This document shows, piece after piece, positions 17,788-25,951 of a stretch of DNA of 64,000 nt. The notes under the pieces are model-generated. The model saw only the letters and a list, made by a program, of their open reading frames with translations. It was not told where the DNA came from and ran no database searches. Each line of letters starts with the position of its first letter. The first letter of the stretch is position 1. Position numbers and translations under genes: made by a program. Location of the stretch: the NCBI GenBank assembly GCA_003105035.1, contig PQAL01000002.1, positions 128,445 through 192,444 of the forward strand. The letters run 5' to 3'. Origin of the DNA: Anaerolineales bacterium (lineage in GTDB: Bacteria; Chloroflexota; Anaerolineae; Anaerolineales; UBA4823).

Positions 17788-18474
17788 GTGAACGAGAAAA
17801 TGCCGAACGAAGTTGAACGACTACAAATCTTAGAAATGATCGAGAAGGGCGTCATCACGGCCGAAGAGGGCGTCAGGCTGCTCAACTCGCTCCAAGATGA
17901 ATCGGAAGGAGCGGAGACGCCAGAAATGCCTGCTTCCGTTTCTTCTGTAAACGAGCCTTTGCCCGAGCCTGACGTCACCGTGGAGGAACCCAGGCCGGAG
18001 ACGCAGAGATCAACCGTCACAACCGATTTTGCCAGCGAGACCCGCAAATGGCGCCGTTGGTGGTGGATACCGCTCAGCATTGGGATTGTCATCACCGTAG
18101 TTAGCGGTTTACTCATGTACACAGCCTACCAGAATAGCGGGTTCGGCTTTTGGTTTGCCTGCTTATGGTTTCCCCTCCTGCTTGGTGTGATCATTATCAG
18201 CCTGGCCGCCACCAGCAGGACGACACGCTGGCTGCATGTCAGGGTCCACCAGGAACCCGGGGAATGGCCGCGCACGATTGCCATCAGTCTGCCGATCCCC
18301 ATCCGCTTCACTGCCTGGATATTGCGGCTTGTCAAACCACATATCGATAACTTTGATAATGCCAACCTGGATGAGTTAGTCCTTGCCCTCGAAAAGACTT
18401 CGCCAGAACAGCCAATTTACGTCAAAGTGGACGAGGGCGATACTGGTGAAAAAGTGGAAGTGTACATCGGATAA
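17788..18474 (+). CDS. Membrane protein with an N-terminal SHOCT-like tag, an acidic linker, 2 TM and a C-terminal small domain
   Basis: 'VERLQILEMIEKGVITAEEGVRLLNSL' at the N-terminus. TM helices 'WWWIPLSIGIVITVVSGLLMY' and 'FACLWFPLLLGVIIISLAA'. The C-terminus 'IYVKVDEGDTGEKVEVYIG' is homologous to the end of the next gene. The start could be GTG 17788 or ATG 17800. Confidence 0.7.
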   Translation: MNEKMPNEVERLQILEMIEKGVITAEEGVRLLNSLQDESEGAETPEMPASVSSVNEPLPEPDVTVEEPRPETQRSTVTTDFASETRKWRRWWWIPLSIGIVITVVSGLLMYTAYQNSGFGFWFACLWFPLLLGVIIISLAATSRTTRWLHVRVHQEPGEWPRTIAISLPIPIRFTAWILRLVKPHIDNFDNANLDELVLALEKTSPEQPIYVKVDEGDTGEKVEVYIG

Positions 18475-18534
18475 AAAGCACTGATTGGACTTGGTTATTT
18501 TATTCAGCTGTCATGATCTAACAAGGAGGTCGGA

Positions 18535-18909
18535 ATGGCCACAACAGAAGAACGAATGAGAATATTGCGAATGATCCAGGAAGGGAAGATTACCGCTGAG
18601 GAAGGTGCCAGATTGCTTTCAGCCTTGCGGGACAGCCGCAAAGAAGCCCGCCCGGTGGTAACCACCAGTCGTTCCGGGAAGGGCATGCTGCGCGTACGTG
18701 TCACCGACATGATCACCGGTAAAGCCAAGGTCAACGTGAACCTGCCCCTGGGCCTGGTGGACGCGGGCATGAACATCGCCAGCCAGTATGCGCCAGACGT
18801 GAACTTCAGCCAAATTGCGGATGCCATCCGTTCAGGGCAGATGGAAGGAAAGATCGTGGATGTGGTGGACGAGGAAGACGGAGAGCATATCGAAGTCTTC
18901 ATCGACTAA
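18535..18909 (+). CDS. Small soluble protein: N-terminal SHOCT-like tag + domain shared with 17788-18474
   Basis: Strong SD 'aaggagg'. 'TEERMRILRMIQEGKITAEEGARLLSAL' at the N-terminus. C-terminal 'KIVDVVDEEDGEHIEVFID'. Confidence 0.75.
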   Translation: MATTEERMRILRMIQEGKITAEEGARLLSALRDSRKEARPVVTTSRSGKGMLRVRVTDMITGKAKVNVNLPLGLVDAGMNIASQYAPDVNFSQIADAIRSGQMEGKIVDVVDEEDGEHIEVFID

Positions 18910-18953
18910 ACCAAAACCAGGGCTTCATAGTATGACTATATGTGGAGATCAAT

Positions 18954-19955
18954 ATGTCCGACGAAACCATTGATAAAACCTTTCAAGTAACCGACCCCGC
19001 CCGGTTCGTAATCTCCAACGTGCGTGGCCTGATCACTATCCAACCTGGCGAGGCAGGTTCGATCCAGGTCAGAGCTGAGCTGCATAGTAGCGTGGACAGC
19101 GATAAGAATTACGTGGAAATGATCCAGGATGCCGATGGAACCGTCAGGGTTGAAACTCGTTCATCCACAGGCTTCTTTGGGTTCCATTCTCACCACCCCC
19201 GGGTGGATTATTTCGTCCGGGTTCCTCAAGGTATTCATTTGGAAGCATCCTGCGTGAGCAGTAATCTCAAGGTAAGTGAGCTGGAAGGTGCTTTTAAGCT
19301 GAAGACGATCAGCGGAGATATCGACTTGGTCGGGATCAGCGGTCCCCTAAAGCTTGGTGCAGTGAGTGGTGATATCACCGGCTCACGCTTGAGTGGTGTG
19401 CTCGATTTGGATACTGTCTCGGGCCGTGCGCGCCTGACTGACTCGAGTTTCCCTTCTGCCGATGCCTCTACGGTGAGTGGCGACCTGCTCCTGCAAACCG
19501 CCATTTCCGAAGGTCCCTACCTGTTCAGCTCGGTTTCAGGCGATGTAAAGATGATTGTGCCTCCTGATTCGCGTTGCTCCGTAGAGCTGAACAGCGTCAG
19601 TGGCAGCATCCGTTCTTCCCTGCCTGCCACGGCTGCCCGTATGGGGCATGGATTGAAAGTCACGCAGATACAAGGTGGTGGAACCAGCGTGCGCCTCAAA
19701 AGTGTCTCGGGGGGTGTCTCCATTGAGACTGAAGGCGTTCCTGCGACAGCTGTGCCTTCTACAGAGCCTGCCATGGAAAGCACTTTCCCTTCAATTCCAC
19801 CCATTCCTCCCATCCCTCCGATTCCTCTCGACCCTGGCCAACCAGCTCCAGAACCACCTGCTGAGCAGCTAAGCACCTCGGAGATCCTGCAGCGCATCGA
19901 GCGCGGTGAATTGACCGTTGATGAAGCGATCGAACTAATGAAAGGCGACTCATAA
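18954..19955 (+). CDS. DUF4097-like beta-helix protein (LiaX/YvlB/LiaG-type repeats) with a Pro-rich linker and a C-terminal SHOCT-like tag
   Basis: Repeated 'SGDIDLVG', 'SGDITGSR', 'SGDLLLQT', 'SGDVKMIV', 'SGSIRSSL'. Linker 'PSIPPIPPIPPIPLDPGQPAPEPP'. C-terminal 'SEILQRIERGELTVDEAIELM'. ATG 18954 (SD 'tggag') is preferred over the track GTG at 18942. Confidence 0.8.
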   Translation: MSDETIDKTFQVTDPARFVISNVRGLITIQPGEAGSIQVRAELHSSVDSDKNYVEMIQDADGTVRVETRSSTGFFGFHSHHPRVDYFVRVPQGIHLEASCVSSNLKVSELEGAFKLKTISGDIDLVGISGPLKLGAVSGDITGSRLSGVLDLDTVSGRARLTDSSFPSADASTVSGDLLLQTAISEGPYLFSSVSGDVKMIVPPDSRCSVELNSVSGSIRSSLPATAARMGHGLKVTQIQGGGTSVRLKSVSGGVSIETEGVPATAVPSTEPAMESTFPSIPPIPPIPPIPLDPGQPAPEPPAEQLSTSEILQRIERGELTVDEAIELMKGDS

Positions 19956-19976
19956 CCACATCATTCTAGTAATTAC

Positions 19977-20012
19977 AACGCCCCATAGGTTATAATTCGG
20001 GGCGTTTCTTGT
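19977..20012 (+). terminator. Intrinsic terminator closing the operon
   Basis: 'aacgcccc' (19977-19984) pairs with 'ggggcgtt' (19999-20006), followed by 'tctt'. The loop is 14 nt. Confidence 0.6.
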
Positions 20013-20015
20013 TAA

Positions 20016-21584
20016 GTGAGTACGTTACTTCCTATGAGCCTCCCACCAACCCATCCTGAACAGTCTGCTTCGAATCGCCCTGGGGGTATGTTTGGCTTTA
20101 CCATCGTCTGGATTGGCCAGATCATCTCCTTACTTGGCACCAGCATGACTGGTTTTGCCATGACCATCTGGGCATACCAGAAGACGAATTCAGCCACTGC
20201 TTTGGCTATGGTCGGGTTCTTCTTCGTTGCTCCCATGCTCATTGCCTCACCATTTGCAGGTGCCCTGGTGGACCGCTCCAACCGCAAGATGATGATGATG
20301 GTGAGTGATGTCGCCTCCGGGATAGCCACGATCATTATCCTCATACTGTATACAACTGGTCGCCTGGAGATCTGGCACCTGTTTATCACCAGTGCCTTCC
20401 AGGGTGTGTTCCAATCCTTCCAGTGGCCGGCTTATTCGGCTGCCATATCCACCATGATCCCCAAGAAGCAGTATGGGCGTGCCAATGGCATGCTCTCGCT
20501 GGCCGACACTGCTTCAAATATCTTCGCCCCTATCCTGGCCGGCGCATTGATCGGGATCATCGGCGTGAGTGGCATCCTGTTGATCGATATCGTCACTTTT
20601 TCCCTGGCCATTAGTGCCCTGCTGCTGGTGCATATCCCTCAACCCAAAATTACCGCGGAAGGTCTTAAGGCCCGTGGCAGCATCCTGAAAGAAGCGGCTT
20701 TCGGGTTTGTCTACATCTGGAACCGGCCCTCGTTGCTGGCCCTTCAGATTGTCTTCCTGATGGGTAATTTCTTTGTTGGTATTCCCGGGGCAGTTGAGGC
20801 CGCCATGATCCTTGCCAACACCGGCAGCAACGAAAAAGCCCTGGCTGCAGTAAATTCGGCCGGCGCGATCGGAGGCGTGATCGGTGGCCTGGTGATGAGT
20901 GCCTGGGGAGGTCCAAAACGGCGCGTGCACGGGGTGCTGTTGGGCTGGTTCGTTGCCAGCCTGTTAGGCAGCGTGCTGATGGGCTTCAGTCGCACTATTC
21001 CATTTTGGGTCATTTCAGCCTTTCTGGGGATGTTCTTCGCACCCATCATCAATGGTTCCAACCAGGCCATCTGGCAAGCCAAGGTGCCTCCCGACCTGCA
21101 GGGAAAAGTATTTTCAATTCGCCGGCTGATCGCCTGGTTTGTCAGCCCCCTGGCTATGCTGATCGCCGGTCCTCTGTCGGATAAAGTACTTGAGCCGGCC
21201 ATGCGCGATCCCCAAAGCACTCTGGCCACTTCGGTAGGCTGGGCTGTAGGCATCGGCCCTGGGCGTGGGATGGCGCTGCTATTTATTATTGGAGGAATCA
21301 TTGCTGCTTTGGTTGGGTTAAGTGGCTACGTTTTCCGCAACCTGCGCGATGTCGATACCCTGATGCCCGATCATGACACCCTGCCTGAGGTGATTCCTCC
21401 CGACACGCGTTTGCCCCGCTTGCAGCAACTGCTGGAGGAGCGCAATCAATGGGTACTCCAGCCCGCTTCACCCGAGCGCGAGCTGGCCCTGAAAGCAATT
21501 ACCAGCTCCTTGCGCCAGCTTGGTCAAGGCCAGGCTGGGCAGTTGGTTGGGAATTACGACCCACTAAGCGGGGAGGACGCTTAA
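20016..21584 (+). CDS. MFS transporter (EntS/macrolide-efflux-like) with a ~100-aa C-terminal cytoplasmic tail
   Basis: 522 aa with about 12 hydrophobic helices. 'PFAGALVDRSNRKMMMM' is an MFS loop 2-3-like motif. Confidence 0.85.
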   Translation: MSTLLPMSLPPTHPEQSASNRPGGMFGFTIVWIGQIISLLGTSMTGFAMTIWAYQKTNSATALAMVGFFFVAPMLIASPFAGALVDRSNRKMMMMVSDVASGIATIIILILYTTGRLEIWHLFITSAFQGVFQSFQWPAYSAAISTMIPKKQYGRANGMLSLADTASNIFAPILAGALIGIIGVSGILLIDIVTFSLAISALLLVHIPQPKITAEGLKARGSILKEAAFGFVYIWNRPSLLALQIVFLMGNFFVGIPGAVEAAMILANTGSNEKALAAVNSAGAIGGVIGGLVMSAWGGPKRRVHGVLLGWFVASLLGSVLMGFSRTIPFWVISAFLGMFFAPIINGSNQAIWQAKVPPDLQGKVFSIRRLIAWFVSPLAMLIAGPLSDKVLEPAMRDPQSTLATSVGWAVGIGPGRGMALLFIIGGIIAALVGLSGYVFRNLRDVDTLMPDHDTLPEVIPPDTRLPRLQQLLEERNQWVLQPASPERELALKAITSSLRQLGQGQAGQLVGNYDPLSGEDA

Positions 21585-22124
21585 CTTCCGCTCGAGCACC
21601 ACTGCGGCGGTCGTGTCGTCAGCATGCACCGTATCGCCTTCATAGTGTACGATCGTGCGCCAGCCCATGTCGATCCAAAACCTCAGGGCTGGCCAGTTTT
21701 TTAAGCATACCTTCAGCCAGATGGCTTCATATTCCCCCAGCTGTTTGAACTGGTCCCAGATTCCATAAGCCAGTTCCGAGCCGTAGTGGTTCTTTTGGAA
21801 ATGCGGGTGGACCACGAACATCGATATCCATACCCGGTGCGGCATGGGAGCGTCGTGGAAAAGGTGAAAATACCCGATAATATCCTTGCCCCCCCGCAGA
21901 AACACGCTTTGCATTTTGAATATATCTTTGGCTGTGTGATTTAACCCCAGGCTTTTCGATACCAGCTTGATAAATGCTTCCTCAGTTTCTTCGTAGAAAC
22001 TGCTGTCCCATGCACCCACATATGAACACGCATTGAATACATTTTGCAGGTGGGGGACGTCTTCCATGTTCGCATCTCTTACCGTTAATCGTTCGGTTCC
22101 CCAGCTTGCCGGTAAAACTTTCAT
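21564..22124 (-). CDS. GNAT-like acetyltransferase
   Basis: 186 aa. 'WISMFVVHPHFQKNHYGSELA' resembles GNAT motif A. Its 3' end overlaps the MFS gene convergently by 21 nt. Confidence 0.6.
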   Translation of the reverse strand: MKVLPASWGTERLTVRDANMEDVPHLQNVFNACSYVGAWDSSFYEETEEAFIKLVSKSLGLNHTAKDIFKMQSVFLRGGKDIIGYFHLFHDAPMPHRVWISMFVVHPHFQKNHYGSELAYGIWDQFKQLGEYEAIWLKVCLKNWPALRFWIDMGWRTIVHYEGDTVHADDTTAAVVLERKLSVLPA

Positions 22125-22233
22125 GCTCCCATCCCTCTAAAGCATTTTTATGGAATTAGCTTTTTATTTCTGCATTGCACACCACTTCACGTGTCATTGT
22201 ATACCAAGATGCTTAAAATAATCTGTAAAATAG

Positions 22234-22671
22234 TTAAACCTTTTTCGCAACATCCATACGGCACCAGGCATATAAGGCATCATATACATCAAACTGGTGG
22301 GCCAGGTTTTCATTATCTTCGGGGAAACGCAGGCTGAAGCCGCTGGCGATCGCTTCCAGCCCGCGGGCGAGCGGGTCTGTGTCAATATCCTCACTGATGT
22401 CGGCTGCATGCACGATTTTCGCCAGCCTGAGCAGCCCTGGCTCTTTGAGCCCATATTTCAAGATGATGGACTCGAACGAACATCTGCCTTCGTGATGGCC
22501 AAGTTCTACCCCCGGTGCATCGAAGGGGATTGCATCCATCTCAGCAACCACCTTCTCAATCTGGCTTGTGGGTACAAATAAGAAGTCTGCTTCGCTATCA
22601 ATGAAGCGCGTGACCAACCACGGGCAGGCTATGCGGTCAACATGAACGTGTGAACGGGTTACCCAAAGCAT
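22234..22671 (-). CDS. ChrB C-terminal-domain protein (chromate-resistance family, stand-alone)
   Basis: 'VTRSHVHVDRIACPWLVTRFIDSEADFLFVP...PGVELGHHEGRCSFESI' matches the ChrB C-terminal domain as I remember it. Confidence 0.7.
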   Translation of the reverse strand: MLWVTRSHVHVDRIACPWLVTRFIDSEADFLFVPTSQIEKVVAEMDAIPFDAPGVELGHHEGRCSFESIILKYGLKEPGLLRLAKIVHAADISEDIDTDPLARGLEAIASGFSLRFPEDNENLAHQFDVYDALYAWCRMDVAKKV

Positions 22672-22792
22672 GGTAAACTTCCTCTCTTTTCTAGTAATTA
22701 TACACTCCCCATTTTAATCATCGCAGCCTATAATGATTTTTACTTCAGCCTGAGCGCTGGAGATAATTTTTATTGTTAGTTAGGAGCTAGAT

Positions 22793-24574
22793 TTGACCCC
22801 CATTCAGCTCGTATTATCATACGCAAAGCGATATAGGCTGGTGCTTACCATCACGATCCTCAGCACCTTGTTGCTGGTAGCTGTGCAGCTGGCTGTGCCG
22901 TTGATCATCCGTAGCCTGATCGCGGATGTCACCAACACAAACATCACTCCGGCATCCTATACACTGATCACTGCACTGGCGTTGGCTGCGCTAGGCGTTT
23001 ACATTCTTCGAGGCCTCATGCAGTTCTTACGGTCGTACATGGCCCATCTGGCGGGCTGGGGGGTGGTGGCTGATGTACGAAAGCACATCTACGAACACCT
23101 GCAGGCCCTCTCTTTACGGTATTACGAAGACAAGCAGACTGGCCAGCTGATGAGCCGGGTGATTAATGATACCGAACTGTTCGAACAGCTCATCTCGCAT
23201 GCCATCCCTGATGTGATTGTCTCCGTCATCACCCTAGTGGGTGTGACGGCGGTGATGATGACCATGAACTGGCGCCTGACCTTACTCTCCATGATTCCCA
23301 TCCCGTTGGTTCTGCTTTCCTTAAGGATCTACGCCCGCTATGTACGCCCGGCTTTCCGCGAGCGACAGAAAGAATTAGGAAACCTGAATGCCATCCTGAA
23401 TGATTCCATCTCTGGCATCCGTGAGGTCAAAGCCTTCACCCGCGAAGAGGAAGAAATGAAGCGCGTCGATCAAGGCATCAACCGCTACCGTACCAGCCTG
23501 CTCGGGGCGCTTAAGCTGATGGCCATCTTCCAGCCCTTCATCGAGTTTACCTCCTCGATGGGTGTGCTGATCGTGATCTATTTTGGTGGCAGACTGGCTC
23601 TCCAGGGCATTCTTTCTGTAGAAGACCTGGTAGCTTTCTTCCTGTACCTGGATATTTTCTACCAGCCGGTGCGTAACCTGAGCAACGCCTGGGAACAAAT
23701 CCAGGGATCGCTGGCAGGTGCTGACCGTGTCGCTGACTTGCTGGCAGAGCGACCCGAGATCATGAACTCCACAGAAGCCATGTCTTTGGAAGGGCGTGCG
23801 ATTGGGAACATCTCCCTCCAAAATGTGAACTTCGAGTATTCGCCCGATACACGCGTGCTCGAGGATATCAACCTGGAAATCCTTGCTCACCAGGTGGTGG
23901 CACTGGTTGGTCCAACTGGTGTAGGCAAGTCTACCCTGGTTAGCCTCATCCCGCGTTTCTATGACGTCACTTCCGGCTGCATCACTCTGGATGGCGCTGA
24001 TATCCGCAGCTATACACTGGAAAGCCTGCGCCAGCAGGTCAGCATAGTCCTGCAGGATGTGTTCCTGTTCCACGGCTCGGTGCGTGAGAATATCCTGTTT
24101 GGGCGTCCGAACGCATCTGAGCAGGAAGTCATCGCCGCAGCGAAGGTCGCCAATGCGGATGGTTTTATCAACGAGCTCGCCGATGGTTACGATACTTTAG
24201 TGGGGGAACGCGGGGTGAAACTCTCTGGGGGGCAGAAGCAGCGCCTTTCCATCGCCCGCGCCGTGCTCAAGGATGCCCCCATCCTGATCCTGGATGAGGC
24301 CACCTCTTCAGTGGATACGGAGACCGAGCTGCTCATCCAACAAGCCCTGGAGCGCTTAATGGTCGGTCGCACAACCATCATCATCGCTCACCGGCTATCC
24401 ACCATCCGCAACGCTGATAAGATCGTGGTGCTGGAAGGACGGCAGATCCAGCAGGTGGGCACGCATACCGAGCTGATGGCTCAAGACGGCCTCTACCGCC
24501 GCTTGAATACTGTCCAGAACCAGCTTGAGGCCCCTGATAAGCTCATTGAGCCTTACGCTATCTCCGCTTCTTGA
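22793..24574 (+). CDS. ABC transporter permease/ATP-binding protein (MsbA-like type I exporter half-transporter)
   Basis: TTG start. A 6-TM domain followed by Walker A 'GPTGVGKST', signature 'LSGGQKQR' and Walker B 'ILILDEATS'. Confidence 0.95.
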   Translation: MTPIQLVLSYAKRYRLVLTITILSTLLLVAVQLAVPLIIRSLIADVTNTNITPASYTLITALALAALGVYILRGLMQFLRSYMAHLAGWGVVADVRKHIYEHLQALSLRYYEDKQTGQLMSRVINDTELFEQLISHAIPDVIVSVITLVGVTAVMMTMNWRLTLLSMIPIPLVLLSLRIYARYVRPAFRERQKELGNLNAILNDSISGIREVKAFTREEEEMKRVDQGINRYRTSLLGALKLMAIFQPFIEFTSSMGVLIVIYFGGRLALQGILSVEDLVAFFLYLDIFYQPVRNLSNAWEQIQGSLAGADRVADLLAERPEIMNSTEAMSLEGRAIGNISLQNVNFEYSPDTRVLEDINLEILAHQVVALVGPTGVGKSTLVSLIPRFYDVTSGCITLDGADIRSYTLESLRQQVSIVLQDVFLFHGSVRENILFGRPNASEQEVIAAAKVANADGFINELADGYDTLVGERGVKLSGGQKQRLSIARAVLKDAPILILDEATSSVDTETELLIQQALERLMVGRTTIIIAHRLSTIRNADKIVVLEGRQIQQVGTHTELMAQDGLYRRLNTVQNQLEAPDKLIEPYAISAS

Positions 24575-24608
24575 CTTTTTTGCCATTGCAAGGCTTGTTA
24601 TCTAAGCT

Positions 24609-24882
24609 GGCTGTGACAATTTTCTCCATACAACATCGCTCAATTATGTATCGGATGTCAGCTGGGCAATCTTGTGATAGGAAGATTGCTTTGTCGTTCG
24701 GTCAGAAAATCATTGACCTCACTCCCCGCAAAGATACGCGGCTGTCATTGCGAGGCCGGCGGTTTTTGCCGGCCGTGGCAATCTCCTCTATAGAACATTG
24801 CTCAATTATGAATAGCACATCGGTTGGGCAATCTTGTTACAGGAAGACTGCTTCATCGCAGAAACCGCTCCTTACAGTGACA
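24609..24882 (+). repeat. Tandem pair of ~75-100-nt hairpin repeat units separated by a GC-clamp hairpin
   Basis: Unit core 24623-24691 aligns with 24782-24852 ('tctcc.ta.a.aacat.gctcaattatg...gggcaatcttgt.a.aggaaga.tgctt'). Central hairpin: 'attgc' and 'ggccggc' (24747-24760) pair with 'gccggcc' and 'gcaat' (24768-24782). Confidence 0.65.
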
Positions 24883-24888
24883 CCAGCA

Positions 24889-25950
24889 TCACTCCGTCCG
24901 GGTCACCTTGTGCAAAGCCCGGGGTTGGTCGGGGTCGAATCCACGCGCGATGGTTAAGTGATAAGCTAGCAGCTGCCCGGGCAGGATGGCTGGGATGGGG
25001 CTGAGCCACTCGGGAAGACCTTTGGGTACAGGGATGAAGGTATCCTGGCCTGGTTGGTGCCCTTCTAGGGGAGCGTCGCCGATGGTGACCAGCCGGGCAC
25101 CTCGAGCGCGCAGGGTGGCACCCAATGCAGTCAGCTCTTCTCTGAAGGTATCTCCGATGGAGATGATGTTCACCGGGAAGCCTTCATCCACGATGGCGAT
25201 CGGGCCGTGTAAGAAATCAGCCGAAGAGTATGGTTCAGCCTGGATGTTAGCCAGCTCCTTGCATTTCAATGCAATCTCATGAGCTGTAGAATAGTTAAAT
25301 CCTCGCCCGATAAAGATCGTATGGTCTGATGCTGCGAGGACTTGAGCTGCTTCACGCGCCTGCGCCTCGGATTTTAGCGCCTCAGCCAGCGCTCCTGGGA
25401 CTGCTTCCAGCAGGCCGAGCTGGTTCGGAGTGCCTTTCAGGCACAATGCCAGCATGGCCAGGGCGGCCAGCTGGGCTGTGTAGGTTTTCGTGGCTGCCAC
25501 GCTGGTCTCACGGCCCACCCCCAGACCGATTATATATTCAGCCGTCTGTGCCAACGGCGAGTCCAGATCATTGGTGATGGCAATGGTCGGAACTCCCTGG
25601 CGGTGGCCTTCTTCGAGCACACTGACGATATCCGGCGACTGGCCTGATTGCGATATGCCGATCACCAAAGACCCTGCCAGCCGAGGTGGAGATTGGTAAC
25701 GCGTGAATAGCGAAGGTGCTGCCAGAGCCACCGGAAGGCAGTTGAGCGCCCCCAGGATGTATTGGCCGTAGCGTGCAGCGTTATCAGATGTGCCGCGCGC
25801 CGCCAGCAGGGCATATGAGAAGCTGCGCGGCGAGAGCTGCTGGGAGATGCGCGTCACACGCTCCGCCTCGGTTTCCAGCATGCGTTGGATGGCTGCCGGC
25901 TGTTCATAGATTTCTTTGAGAAGCTGCGATTTTAGGGAAAGGGCGGTCAT
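24889..25950 (-). CDS. SIS-domain sugar-phosphate isomerase/deaminase (GlmS isomerase-domain/AgaS-like)
   Basis: 353 aa with two SIS repeats. 'GISQSGQSPD' and 'SVAATKTYTAQL' are present. Confidence 0.85.
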   Translation of the reverse strand: MTALSLKSQLLKEIYEQPAAIQRMLETEAERVTRISQQLSPRSFSYALLAARGTSDNAARYGQYILGALNCLPVALAAPSLFTRYQSPPRLAGSLVIGISQSGQSPDIVSVLEEGHRQGVPTIAITNDLDSPLAQTAEYIIGLGVGRETSVAATKTYTAQLAALAMLALCLKGTPNQLGLLEAVPGALAEALKSEAQAREAAQVLAASDHTIFIGRGFNYSTAHEIALKCKELANIQAEPYSSADFLHGPIAIVDEGFPVNIISIGDTFREELTALGATLRARGARLVTIGDAPLEGHQPGQDTFIPVPKGLPEWLSPIPAILPGQLLAYHLTIARGFDPDQPRALHKVTRTE

Positions 25951-25951
25951 T

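Noticed and set aside
17586-18122. 178-aa minus-strand ORF and other antisense ORFs across the tag operon.
   Set aside because: It overlaps two sense genes that have SD sites and conserved motifs. Its translation is Ser/Thr-rich with no features.
20744-21301. 185-aa antisense ORF within the MFS gene. Similar cases are 23375-24073 in the ABC exporter gene and 32813-33592 in iorA.
   Set aside because: Same reasoning: each is embedded opposite a confidently identified gene and has no independent signals.
24609-24882. Considered whether the direct repeats could be a degenerate CRISPR array.
   Set aside because: There are only two units. The units are long (~70 nt) and imperfect, the spacing does not fit repeat-spacer periodicity, and there are no cas genes in the window.
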